From NCBI GenBank assembly GCA_016204465.1, contig JACQKQ010000012.1, positions 16,769 to 80,768 of the forward strand: DNA of 64,000 nucleotides, written 5' to 3'. Origin of the DNA: Candidatus Levyibacteriota bacterium (lineage in GTDB: Bacteria > Patescibacteriota > Microgenomatia > Levybacterales > UBA12049). Below are positions 19,563 to 28,003 of the stretch, piece after piece (position 1 is the first letter of the stretch; the number at the start of each line of letters is the position of its first letter). A model generated the notes under the pieces. It ran no database searches. It was not told the DNA's origin and saw only the letters and a list, made by a program, of their open reading frames with translations. A program made the position numbers and the translations under genes.

Positions 19563-19937
19563 ATGATTCAAACACGTACAGCACTCACCGTTGCAGATAA
19601 TTCAGGGGCCAAAAAGCTTGTCGTTATTCATATTTTTGGCGGATCGAAACGAAAGTACGGATATCCGGGAGATATGCTCAATTGCGTTGTTAAGCAAGCT
19701 TTGCCAACAGGTCAAGTAAAAGAGGGAGAGATGGTTAAGGCGGTTCTTGTTAGAGCAAGAAAAGAGTTTCGACGTCCGGATGGTTCATCTATTCGTTTTT
19801 CCGATAATGCGGGCGTTTTAATTGACAATCCAAAAGATAAAAATCCGCGAGGAACACGTATTTTTGGCCCGATCGCGCGTGAGGTTAAAAACAAAGGATA
19901 TGCTAAAATTGCCAGTATGGCAATAGAGATAGTATGA
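19563..19937 (+). CDS. rplN: 50S ribosomal protein L14
   Basis: MIQTRTALTVADNSGAKK... is canonical L14. Confidence 0.96.
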   Translation: MIQTRTALTVADNSGAKKLVVIHIFGGSKRKYGYPGDMLNCVVKQALPTGQVKEGEMVKAVLVRARKEFRRPDGSSIRFSDNAGVLIDNPKDKNPRGTRIFGPIAREVKNKGYAKIASMAIEIV

Positions 19938-20272
19938 AAAAAAGTTCAAAGTTCAAAGTTAAAAGTTCAAAGTTACAAAAGGGGGATGAGGTGAAGATTG
20001 TTCGAGGCAGGGATAAAGGGAAAACGGGAAAAATTAATAAGGTATTTCCCAGGGTATCTAAAGTGCTTGTCCCTGGGGTTAATGAGTTTAAGCGGCATTC
20101 GAAAGCTAGGACGCAGTCACAAAAATCTGAAATTATTACAATTGTTAAGCCACTCCCTATTGCAAGCGTAGCGCTTATCTGTCCTAAGTGTCACGAGCCA
20201 ACACGCGTTGGTTTTTCGATGCTGGAAGGAAAGAAAACACGTATTTGTAAAAAGTGCCAACAAACATTATGA
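19934..20272 (+). CDS. rplX: 50S ribosomal protein L24 (heptamer-encoded N-terminus)
   Basis: KGDEVKIVRGRDKGKTGKI is the KOW core. The N-terminal KKSSKFKVKSSKLQ is encoded by AAAGTTC/AAAGTTA x5. Confidence 0.9.
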   Translation: MKKSSKFKVKSSKLQKGDEVKIVRGRDKGKTGKINKVFPRVSKVLVPGVNEFKRHSKARTQSQKSEIITIVKPLPIASVALICPKCHEPTRVGFSMLEGKKTRICKKCQQTL

Positions 20273-20820
20273 CTAACCTGCAAAAAAAATACCATTCAGA
20301 TATCATTCCCGGTTTACAGGCAAAACTTGCTATCGAAAATTCGATGTCAGTACCTAAACTTTCTAAAATTGTTGTGAACGCGGGTGTAAAGGATGCAATT
20401 TCTGATAAGAGAAATATGGAAAGGGCGGTTGCAGTACTAACGCAAATAGCAGGTCAGAAACCAAAAATAGCGAAAGCAAAAAAATCAATCGCTACATTTA
20501 AGCTGCGCAAAGGAGATGCAATCGGGGCTTTTGTGACACTTCGGGGTAAGCGTATGTATGATTTTTTTGAGAAGTTAGTTTCTATTGTGCTTCCTCGACT
20601 TCGTGATTTCCACGGAGTTTCCAAAGATCAATTTGACGGACGTGGTAATTATACCATTGGGTTTTCAGAGCACACTGTATTTCCAGAGATTGACCCAGGG
20701 AAGGCTGATAAAATTGTTGGTCTTGAGGTAACCGTTGTTACAACAGCAAGAAATAATCAAGAAGGCAGCGCGCTTTTGGAAGCACTTGGCATGCCGTTTC
20801 AAAAAGGAGCTAAGGACTAA
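20269..20820 (+). CDS. rplE: 50S ribosomal protein L5
   Basis: LQKKYHSDIIPGL... and FDGRGNYTIGF. ATGA start/stop overlap with rplX. Confidence 0.94.
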   Translation: MTNLQKKYHSDIIPGLQAKLAIENSMSVPKLSKIVVNAGVKDAISDKRNMERAVAVLTQIAGQKPKIAKAKKSIATFKLRKGDAIGAFVTLRGKRMYDFFEKLVSIVLPRLRDFHGVSKDQFDGRGNYTIGFSEHTVFPEIDPGKADKIVGLEVTVVTTARNNQEGSALLEALGMPFQKGAKD

Positions 20821-20885
20821 AAGATTACAGAGATAAATAAGTTCTTTATCGCTCAAATCTTGTAATCTTTAAGTCTTAAAAAGTT

Positions 20886-21071
20886 ATGGCGAAAGTATCG
20901 GATATCGTAAAATTTAAAAAGAAACAAAAGTTTTCGGTTCGCAAGCGTAACCGTTGCAATATTTGTGGAAGGTCTCGCGGGTACATGCGAAGATTCGGTT
21001 TGTGCCGGATGTGTTTTCGAGAAATGGCAACTCGCGGTGAGCTTCCGGGGGTAAGAAAGGCGAGTTGGTAA
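20886..21071 (+). CDS. rpsN: 30S ribosomal protein S14, short zinc-ribbon (type Z) form
   Basis: 61 aa with CNICGRSRG...CRMCFRE (two CxxC pairs). Confidence 0.92.
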   Translation: MAKVSDIVKFKKKQKFSVRKRNRCNICGRSRGYMRRFGLCRMCFREMATRGELPGVRKASW

Positions 21072-21075
21072 ATAT

Positions 21076-21462
21076 ATGTACACTATTGCTGATTTTGTAA
21101 TAAAAATAAAAAATGCCGCAAGAGCTGGGCGACAGGTAGTTACTATGCCCTACTCTTCTGCGACAGCGGAAATAGGTGCAATCCTTGTCAAGGAAGGGTT
21201 TCTAAAAAGTCTCAAAGAGGAAACAGCTAATAACAAGAAAGTTATTGTGGCGACCCTACAGTACGAAAAGCGCATTCCTGCGGTTTCCGACGTTGCTATT
21301 TTATCAAAACCATCTCATCATGTGTACATGAAGGCAAATCGAATAGGTGCGCTAAGACGATCGCTTGGAGTTGAAGTGCTTTCGACAAATCAAGGATACA
21401 TGAACGCAAGAGAAGCAAAAAAGAAAGGAGTAGGAGGAGAATTGCTCTTTAGGATATGGTAG
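21076..21462 (+). CDS. rpsH: 30S ribosomal protein S8
   Basis: 128 aa with IADFVIKIKNA... and GGELLFRIW at the C-terminus. Confidence 0.93.
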   Translation: MYTIADFVIKIKNAARAGRQVVTMPYSSATAEIGAILVKEGFLKSLKEETANNKKVIVATLQYEKRIPAVSDVAILSKPSHHVYMKANRIGALRRSLGVEVLSTNQGYMNAREAKKKGVGGELLFRIW

Positions 21463-21464
21463 CT

Positions 21465-22019
21465 ATGTCAAAGATAGGGAGAATACCAGTTATGATTCCG
21501 ACAGGCGTCACTGTTACTATAACTGGAAACACTTTGGAGGCAGTTGGCCCGAAAGGTACAATTACATATGTTATACCTGCTGGCACGACAGTAAAGGTTG
21601 ATGGCGACAAGATACAAGTTACGAACACAAAAGAAGCAGGAGAAAATGCAAGTGTTTTGCAGGGTTTAGTACGTGCATCAATAGCAAATCTTGTCAAAGG
21701 AGTAGAAACGGGATTTGAGAAGAAACTTGAGCTTTCTGGAGTTGGGTACAGGGCAAGCATCTTAGGGAAGGACATTACGCTTTCTGTTGGGTTTTCTCAC
21801 CAGGTAAAGGTAACCGCGCCAGAGGGTATTACCTATAGCATACATGAAAATATTATTAGTGTTTCTGGAACAAATAAGCAACTTGTTGGTGATATAGCAG
21901 CAAAGATTCGTGCAATCCGTCCGCCAGAGCCATACAAAGGTAAGGGAATACGCTATGTTGGTGAAGTGGTAAGAAGAAAAGCAGGAAAAGCAGCAAAACT
22001 TATCGGAGGAGTAAAATAA
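21465..22019 (+). CDS. rplF: 50S ribosomal protein L6
   Basis: MSKIGRIPV...GVGYRA...PEPYKGKGIRY. Confidence 0.93.
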   Translation: MSKIGRIPVMIPTGVTVTITGNTLEAVGPKGTITYVIPAGTTVKVDGDKIQVTNTKEAGENASVLQGLVRASIANLVKGVETGFEKKLELSGVGYRASILGKDITLSVGFSHQVKVTAPEGITYSIHENIISVSGTNKQLVGDIAAKIRAIRPPEPYKGKGIRYVGEVVRRKAGKAAKLIGGVK

Positions 22020-22023
22020 ATAT

Positions 22024-22371
22024 ATGAATAATAATCAGCCAGTAAAGAGAAGAAAAAAAAGGATAAGATCGAAAATTATAGGTACGTCAAAGAGACCGCG
22101 GCTTTCGGTGTTTAGGTCAAATAAATATATGTATGCACAGATTATTGATGACGAGAGGCAAAAGACAATTGTTGGCGTATCGGAAAAAGAGCTCGCACAA
22201 AAAGAAAAGGTAACAAAAGTGACTCGGGCGCAAGCGCTTGGAGAACAGCTTGCAAAAAAAGTAAAAAAATATAAGATTACAAGAGTTGTTTTCGACCGAG
22301 GAAGCTATAAGTATCACGGGAGAGTTAAGGCTGTAGCTCTTGGTGCGCAAAAAGGAGGATTGCAATTTTAA
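22024..22371 (+). CDS. rplR: 50S ribosomal protein L18
   Basis: RPRLSVFRSNKYMYAQIIDD...FDRGSYKYHGRVKA. Confidence 0.94.
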   Translation: MNNNQPVKRRKKRIRSKIIGTSKRPRLSVFRSNKYMYAQIIDDERQKTIVGVSEKELAQKEKVTKVTRAQALGEQLAKKVKKYKITRVVFDRGSYKYHGRVKAVALGAQKGGLQF

Positions 22372-22859
22372 TGGATAACAGATACAGACAGATACAAAGT
22401 GAATTTGAAGAAAAAATTGTGCAGGTAAACCGAGTTTCCAAAAAAACAAAAGGAGGCAACAAAATTGGTTTTTCGGTACTAGTTGTCGTTGGCGACAAAA
22501 AAGGACAGGTGGGAGTAGGGCTTGGAAAAGCCCCAGACGTTGCTTCGGCAATTAAAAAGGGTGTTGCTATTGCAAAAAAACATTTCATTAAAGTGCCAAT
22601 TGTTAGGGGAAGCATTCCTTTGGAAATTCGTATTAAGATTGGCGCCGCAAGGCTTCTTCTTAAGCCTGCACCGCCGGGAAGCGGAGTTATTGCAGGAGGG
22701 GCTGTCCGTAGCGTTGTTGAAGCTGCAGGTATACACAACATATCATCCAAGGTTCTTGGGACAAAAAACCAGGCTTCAAATGTATACGCAACCATTGAAG
22801 CGCTAAAGAGAATTGCGCATCGGCATAAACCCAGCACCTTTTACCAAAAGGAAGATTAA
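22371..22859 (+). CDS. rpsE: 30S ribosomal protein S5
   Basis: VNRVSKKTKGGN...VVVGDKKGQVGVGLGKA...PAPPGSGVIAG. Confidence 0.95.
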   Translation: MDNRYRQIQSEFEEKIVQVNRVSKKTKGGNKIGFSVLVVVGDKKGQVGVGLGKAPDVASAIKKGVAIAKKHFIKVPIVRGSIPLEIRIKIGAARLLLKPAPPGSGVIAGGAVRSVVEAAGIHNISSKVLGTKNQASNVYATIEALKRIAHRHKPSTFYQKED

Positions 22860-22912
22860 GTCGTATAATTTAGTTTGAAATTCTCAAAGGTGCTTAGTAA
22901 AGGAGAGTAATT

Positions 22913-23356
22913 ATGATTTCACTACACAGACTTTCTTCAACAACAAAGATAGGTAAAAGAAGACTTGGCCAGGGTCACGGTTCTGGCCGTGGGAAAACTG
23001 CCGGAAGAGGAACAAAAGGACAGAAGGCCCGCGGCAATATTCCACTATCCTTTGAAGGGGGAGCAGTTGCACTTATTAAACGCTTGCCGTTTAGGCGGGG
23101 AAAAGGACGAAATAAGGTATTTAAAAATAAACCGGTTGTAGTGCCGCTTGCAGCGCTTAATATTTTTAGAAAACAACAAACTGTTGATACACAGTCTCTC
23201 ATTGCTGCGCATATTGTTGACGAAAAAGATGCAAAAACGTACGGTGTAAAAGTTTTAAGTAATGGAACACTCAACGTACCAGTTATAGTAAAAGTGCCTG
23301 TTTCAAAGTCGGCGGCGAAAAAAATTGAAAAGATCGGTGGACGCGTTGAGACGTAA
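22913..23356 (+). CDS. rplO: 50S ribosomal protein L15
   Basis: GHGSGRGKTAGRGTKGQKAR. It follows rpsE directly after a 53-nt gap, so there is no L30 gene. Confidence 0.93.
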   Translation: MISLHRLSSTTKIGKRRLGQGHGSGRGKTAGRGTKGQKARGNIPLSFEGGAVALIKRLPFRRGKGRNKVFKNKPVVVPLAALNIFRKQQTVDTQSLIAAHIVDEKDAKTYGVKVLSNGTLNVPVIVKVPVSKSAAKKIEKIGGRVET

Positions 23357-23362
23357 TCGTTT

Positions 23363-24649
23363 GTGAATCATTTTTTATCCATCTTCAGAAATAGCTTTAG
23401 GACGCCTGAAATTCGGCGAAAAATACTCTTTACATTAAGTGTTCTTGTTGTTTTTAGGATATTTGCACATATACCTGTTGCTGGTGTAAACGTTGCCAGT
23501 TTAAAAGCTCTATTTTCGCAAAACCAATTTTTAGGACTACTTGATATTTTTTCAGGCGGCACATTAGCAAATTTCTCTGTTATGGCTTTAGGACTCAATC
23601 CCTACATTAACGCGTCAATTATTCTGCAGCTTTCAACTCTGGTATTTCCCAAGCTTGAGGCACTCTCAAAAGAAGGCGAAGCAGGCAGACATAAAATTAA
23701 TCAGTACACAAGAATGCTTACGGTACCGCTTGCAGTTCTGCAGGCATTTGGTATGTATGCGTTGCTTCGAAGCCAAAGCATAATTTCGCTCCTACCGCCA
23801 TCTGAACTTGCGTCATTTGTTGTCACGATGACTGCTGGTACGATGTTTCTGGTTTGGCTTGGAGAGTTAGTGACAGAGCGAGGGATAGGCAACGGTATAT
23901 CCATGCTCATATTTGCCGGTATTGTTGGAAGAATTCCGGTAGTTTTTGGCCAGACCATCGCGACTGCAACAGGAGAGAATCTCACAAATCTCATTATTTT
24001 TCTTATTATGAGTATTGTTGTTATTGCTGCAATTGTTTTCATGAATGACGCAACCCGCAAGATCACAGTATACTACGCAAGACGGGCTCGAGGGAATAGG
24101 CTATATGGAGGACAGTCGACTCACTTACCCCTGCGGCTTAACCAGGCTGGTGTTATTCCAATTATTTTTGCCGTTTCGCTTGTACTGTTACCCTCTCTTA
24201 TCTCCAACTATCTTAGCGGGTCGCCAAATGAACAAATCCGTAATGTTGCATTTTCTATTGGCGCGCTTTTTAATCCGTCCAGTTTTACTTATAATGCGGT
24301 GTATTTTCTGCTTGTTGTCGGTTTCACGTACTTTTACACAGCAGTTATCTTTAATCCGAAAAAAATCGCGGAGGAAATTCAAAAATACGGCGGATTTATT
24401 CCGGGCGTTAGGCCGGGCAGCCCAACAGCAAAATTTCTTACATACGTTTTAACACGGATTACGCTTGTTGGAGCTTTTTTCTTAGGATTTATTGCTATCT
24501 TACCAACGATAGCGCAATCAATAACAGAAGTGCAAACGCTTCTGCTTGGCGGGACGGGAATTCTTATCGTTGTTTCTGTTGTATTGGAAACGATTAGAAG
24601 TCTTGAGGCGCAGCTGGTGATGCGCAGTTACGATGTGTATACTAAATAA
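23363..24649 (+). CDS. secY: Preprotein translocase subunit SecY (GTG start)
   Basis: 428 aa, 10-TM pattern, [23 protein letters not shown] motif. Confidence 0.95.
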   Translation: MNHFLSIFRNSFRTPEIRRKILFTLSVLVVFRIFAHIPVAGVNVASLKALFSQNQFLGLLDIFSGGTLANFSVMALGLNPYINASIILQLSTLVFPKLEALSKEGEAGRHKINQYTRMLTVPLAVLQAFGMYALLRSQSIISLLPPSELASFVVTMTAGTMFLVWLGELVTERGIGNGISMLIFAGIVGRIPVVFGQTIATATGENLTNLIIFLIMSIVVIAAIVFMNDATRKITVYYARRARGNRLYGGQSTHLPLRLNQAGVIPIIFAVSLVLLPSLISNYLSGSPNEQIRNVAFSIGALFNPSSFTYNAVYFLLVVGFTYFYTAVIFNPKKIAEEIQKYGGFIPGVRPGSPTAKFLTYVLTRITLVGAFFLGFIAILPTIAQSITEVQTLLLGGTGILIVVSVVLETIRSLEAQLVMRSYDVYTK

Positions 24650-24656
24650 GAAACTT

Positions 24657-25202
24657 ATGAAAATTGTGATTATTGGCATACAAGGTGCAGGAAAATCAAC
24701 ACAGGGAAATCTTCTTTCTGAAAAATTGAAAGTTCCATACCTTTCCACAGGACACATTTTCCGTCAGCTTGCAAAGGAGAAAACAAAGTTGGGGCGTTAC
24801 ATAAAGGAAGTGATGAATGCTGGATATTTAATTCCCGATAAAAAGACAATTGCTATTGTAAATGAATATCTTACACGTCCGGAGTATAAAAAAGGGTATA
24901 TACTCGATGGTTTTCCTCGAACAATAGCGCAAGCAAAGGCATTTACCCAGGTAATTGATAAAGTAGTGCATCTTAATGTCTCGGACAAGGAAGCGCTTTG
25001 GAGGCTTGCCTATAGAAATGGAGAGATTAGAGAAGACGACACCCTTGCGGCGATTAAAAAGCGCATAGACCTCTTTCACAGGTTCACAAAGCCTGTGCTT
25101 AACTACTACCGCAAGAAAGAAATTCTTATAGAAGTAAACGGCGAGCAGTCTATCCAAGACATTCACCACGAAATCATGCACAAGATTGGAAATCAGGCAT
25201 GA
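24657..25202 (+). CDS. adk: Adenylate kinase
   Basis: MKIVIIGIQGAGKSTQG P-loop, GYILDGFPRT, and the conserved position after secY. Confidence 0.9.
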   Translation: MKIVIIGIQGAGKSTQGNLLSEKLKVPYLSTGHIFRQLAKEKTKLGRYIKEVMNAGYLIPDKKTIAIVNEYLTRPEYKKGYILDGFPRTIAQAKAFTQVIDKVVHLNVSDKEALWRLAYRNGEIREDDTLAAIKKRIDLFHRFTKPVLNYYRKKEILIEVNGEQSIQDIHHEIMHKIGNQA

Positions 25203-25762
25203 AAGTACTTTTGGCGATTGTTGGCATGCCCGGTGCAGGGAAAAGCGGGGCAGTTTCGTATATTCAAAAGAAAGGAATACCATTTGTTAGATTTGGACAA
25301 GTTACCGATGAAGGTTTACGTGCACAAGGTTTGACATTAACGCCAGAAAATGAGAAGGCCTTCCGTGAGAACCTACGAGCACAGCTTGGTATGGCTGCTT
25401 ATGCAATTGCCTCAAAATCAAAAATAGAAGAATTATTAAAAGCCAACGCTGTCGTAGTAATAGATGGTCTTTACTCATGGGAGGAATACCTATTCTTAAA
25501 AAAAGAATTTCCTAACTTACTGCTCATTCATGTCTACGCAGAGCCACAAATCCGCTACAAGAGGCTTTCAGAACGGCTCGTTCGTCCTATTTCCTTTGAA
25601 AAGTCACGAGAACGAGACATGGCGGAGATTGAAAATCTCAATAAAGGAGGTCCAATCGCAATTGCAGATTATCTTATTGATAACAATAGTAGTAATATCC
25701 AAGATTTATACAAAAAGATTGATGAATTATTAGATCATTTAAAAATTGAAAAATATGATTAA
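25199..25762 (+). CDS. P-loop kinase of the archaeal UPF0200 / dephospho-CoA-kinase-like type
   Basis: IVGMPGAGKS...FVRFGQVTDEGL...VVIDGLYSWEEY...IAIADYLIDN closely parallels archaeal UPF0200 proteins as I recall them. Confidence 0.55.
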   Translation: MKVLLAIVGMPGAGKSGAVSYIQKKGIPFVRFGQVTDEGLRAQGLTLTPENEKAFRENLRAQLGMAAYAIASKSKIEELLKANAVVVIDGLYSWEEYLFLKKEFPNLLLIHVYAEPQIRYKRLSERLVRPISFEKSRERDMAEIENLNKGGPIAIADYLIDNNSSNIQDLYKKIDELLDHLKIEKYD

Positions 25763-26600
25763 TATTAAGACTAAAGAAGAAATCGAAGCTATGGCAGAGG
25801 GAGGAAAGATCTTGTCTGAAGTTCTCCATACGGTCTTAGCACATATAAAGCCGGGCGTTTCGGAATTAGAACTTGATGCGGTTGCAGAAAAACTCATTTA
25901 CGATAGGGGGGCAGAAGTTGGGTTTAAGAAGGTACCAGGGTATAAGTACACGGTTTGTGTTTCAACAAACGATGTTGTGGTGCATGGGGTGCCAACAGCG
26001 TATCGGTTTAAGGAAGGCGACATTATTGGTATTGATTGCGGTGTTTTCTATAAGGGATTCCATACGGATATGGCGGAAACAATTCAAGTTCAAAATTCAA
26101 AGTTCCCGCCAAAGGCGAGGCTCGCCACAGACGGCAAAATTCAAAATGACCCCCCCGTTAATGCTCTGCATAGGCAAGTGCAGGCGGGCAATGAAAATAT
26201 AAAAAAATTTTTGGAGATTGGTAAGCATGCATTGAACGAGGCGATAAAGCAGGCAAAGACGGGAAGTCGGATCGGAAATATCTCAAAAACAATTCAAGAG
26301 ATCGTAGAAGGTGCAGGATATTCAGTGGTACGTAGCTTAGTTGGTCATGGTGTTGGTAGACAATTACATGAAGAGCCAGAGGTTCCGGGATTCTTAGTAA
26401 AAGGGGATATTGATAAAACGCCTCTTCTGAGGGTAGGAACGACTATTGCAATCGAAGTTATTTATAACATGGGTAAACCAGATGTAAAATACTCAACAGA
26501 TGACGAATGGACGATTAAAAGCGCCGATGGGAGTTTATCGGGGCTATTTGAACGGACAGTCGCCATTACCAAAAATGGTCCGCTTATCCTGACAAGATAG
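25755..26600 (+). CDS. map: Methionine aminopeptidase type I with ~40-aa repeat-derived insertion
   Basis: MINIKTKEEIE..., DIIGIDCGV, HTDMAETI, GHGVGRQLHEEP and IAIEV metal-ligand blocks. The insert is QNSKFPPKARLATDGKIQNDPP... Confidence 0.92.
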   Translation: MINIKTKEEIEAMAEGGKILSEVLHTVLAHIKPGVSELELDAVAEKLIYDRGAEVGFKKVPGYKYTVCVSTNDVVVHGVPTAYRFKEGDIIGIDCGVFYKGFHTDMAETIQVQNSKFPPKARLATDGKIQNDPPVNALHRQVQAGNENIKKFLEIGKHALNEAIKQAKTGSRIGNISKTIQEIVEGAGYSVVRSLVGHGVGRQLHEEPEVPGFLVKGDIDKTPLLRVGTTIAIEVIYNMGKPDVKYSTDDEWTIKSADGSLSGLFERTVAITKNGPLILTR

Positions 26601-26606
26601 CACTTA

Positions 26607-26635
26607 TTGCTCTCTATGTGTAGATTTGCTATAAT
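26607..26635 (+). promoter_or_regulatory. Putative promoter for infA (TTGCTC, 17-nt spacer with TGc, then TATAAT)
   Basis: -35-like TTGCTC at 26607-26612 and extended -10 TGCTATAAT at 26627-26635. Confidence 0.5.
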
Positions 26636-26640
26636 ACTTT

Positions 26641-26748
26641 TAAGTTAAAAGTTCAAGGTTAAAAATGTAAAGTTACAATTGCGAGTTGACAGTTTTTAAT
26701 TTTGCATTGTAATTTTGCACTTTACATTTTGAATTTTTAACTTTTTTG
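26641..26748 (+). promoter_or_regulatory. Imperfect-palindrome leader of infA (homologous to the fusA leader)
   Basis: The heptamer-period left arm (26647-26681) is complementary to the T-rich right arm. TTACAAT(T)GC pairs with GCATTGTAA at the apex. The element ends in TTTTTTGTATG. Confidence 0.7.
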
Positions 26749-26749
26749 T

Positions 26750-26968
26750 ATGTCGCATCAGGGATCATTTGAAGTAGATGGCGTTGTAAAAGAATCGTTG
26801 CCAAATACGCTGTTTCGCGTACAGCTTCCTGATGGCAGTATCGTTTTGTGTCATTTGTCCGGCAAGATGAGAATGAATTTTATTAAAATCTTGCCGGGAG
26901 ATAAGGTTCGTATTGAGATGACACCGTACGATAGAACAAAAGGGAGAATCGTGTTTAGATTTAAGTAA
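26750..26968 (+). CDS. infA: Translation initiation factor IF-1
   Basis: 72 aa S1-fold with [16 protein letters not shown]...[16 protein letters not shown]...YD. Confidence 0.95.
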   Translation: MSHQGSFEVDGVVKESLPNTLFRVQLPDGSIVLCHLSGKMRMNFIKILPGDKVRIEMTPYDRTKGRIVFRFK

Positions 26969-26989
26969 TCTAGGTTATTTAAATTAACT

Positions 26990-27103
26990 ATGAAAGTTCA
27001 GGCAAGCATTAAAAAAAGATGTGTAAAATGTAAGATTATTAGAAGGCGTGGAGTCGTTAGGATTGTCTGTGATAATCCGCGACATAAGCAGCGACAAGGG
27101 TAG
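26990..27103 (+). CDS. rpmJ: 50S ribosomal protein L36
   Basis: Hand-translated as [37 protein letters not shown]. Falls below the ORF-track length cutoff. Lies in the conserved slot between infA and rpsM. Confidence 0.93.
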   Translation: MKVQASIKKRCVKCKIIRRRGVVRIVCDNPRHKQRQG

Positions 27104-27163
27104 CAGTCGTTGGTCGTTAGACCCTAGCTATTAGCTAACGATCAAAGACCAAAGACAAATATT

Positions 27164-27589
27164 ATGAGGATTGCAGGAATAACTATACCAGACGAAAAAC
27201 GAGTAGATATTGCACTCACGTATTTATATGGTATTGGGCGGAGTAATGTATCAGGTCTCTTGAAAAAGGCACAGATTGACGGTGCAAAGCGTGTTAAGGA
27301 GCTTACTGAAATGGAGCAGAAGAATATCCAAAAAGCGCTTGAGATATATAAGATTGAGGGAGACTTGCGAAGTGAAGTGATGGGAAATATTAAGCGACTC
27401 AAAGAGATTGGCGCGTATCGAGGCGTTAGGCATAGTAGAAATTTGCCAGTACGTGGTCAACGGACACGCTCAAATGCTCGTACCAAACGCGGAAAGCGCG
27501 TAACAATTGGTGCCATTAAGAAAGAAGTAGCGCAAAAAATGGGCTTGATTGAGAAAGAGCCCGCAAAGGGGGCTTCGGAAAAGAAGTAA
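27164..27589 (+). CDS. rpsM: 30S ribosomal protein S13
   Basis: [25 protein letters not shown]...YRGVRH. Confidence 0.95.
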   Translation: MRIAGITIPDEKRVDIALTYLYGIGRSNVSGLLKKAQIDGAKRVKELTEMEQKNIQKALEIYKIEGDLRSEVMGNIKRLKEIGAYRGVRHSRNLPVRGQRTRSNARTKRGKRVTIGAIKKEVAQKMGLIEKEPAKGASEKK

Positions 27590-27596
27590 TAATACT

Positions 27597-27998
27597 ATGG
27601 AGACAAAAGCAATAAAAATAGCGCCGGCAAAACAGAAAAAGCAGTTAGTGGTATCTCAGCAGGGAAAAGTGTACATCACGGCAACATTTAATAACACTTT
27701 GGTCACTATTACAAACGACAAGGGAGAGATAGTTGCGTGGAGCTCTGCGGGCGCGCGGGGCTTTAAGGGAACACGAAAATCAACTCCATACGCTGCTTCT
27801 TTGGCTGTAGAGAGCGCTGCTAAGAAAGCAGTAGAACGCGGTATGAAGTCAGTTGAGGTCTTTGTAAAGGGTCCGGGATCCGGGAGAGATTCAGCACTGC
27901 GTGCAATTAAGTCGGCAGGATTGTCTATCTCAATGATTGCGGATATAACACCCATGCCGCATAACGGCCCAAGAGCAAAGAAGAAACGGAGGGTGTAA
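27597..27998 (+). CDS. rpsK: 30S ribosomal protein S11
   Basis: G(K)[16 protein letters not shown]-type core and [12 protein letters not shown]. The internal ATG at 27597 avoids overlap with rpsM. Confidence 0.93.
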   Translation: METKAIKIAPAKQKKQLVVSQQGKVYITATFNNTLVTITNDKGEIVAWSSAGARGFKGTRKSTPYAASLAVESAAKKAVERGMKSVEVFVKGPGSGRDSALRAIKSAGLSISMIADITPMPHNGPRAKKKRRV

Positions 27999-28003
27999 TG
28001 AAA

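Noticed and set aside
22860-22912. Hidden rpmD (L30) gene missed because of the ORF-track length cutoff
   Set aside because: The rpsE-rplO gap is only 53 nt, too short for any L30. The small rpmJ gene, by contrast, was recoverable by hand at 26990-27103.
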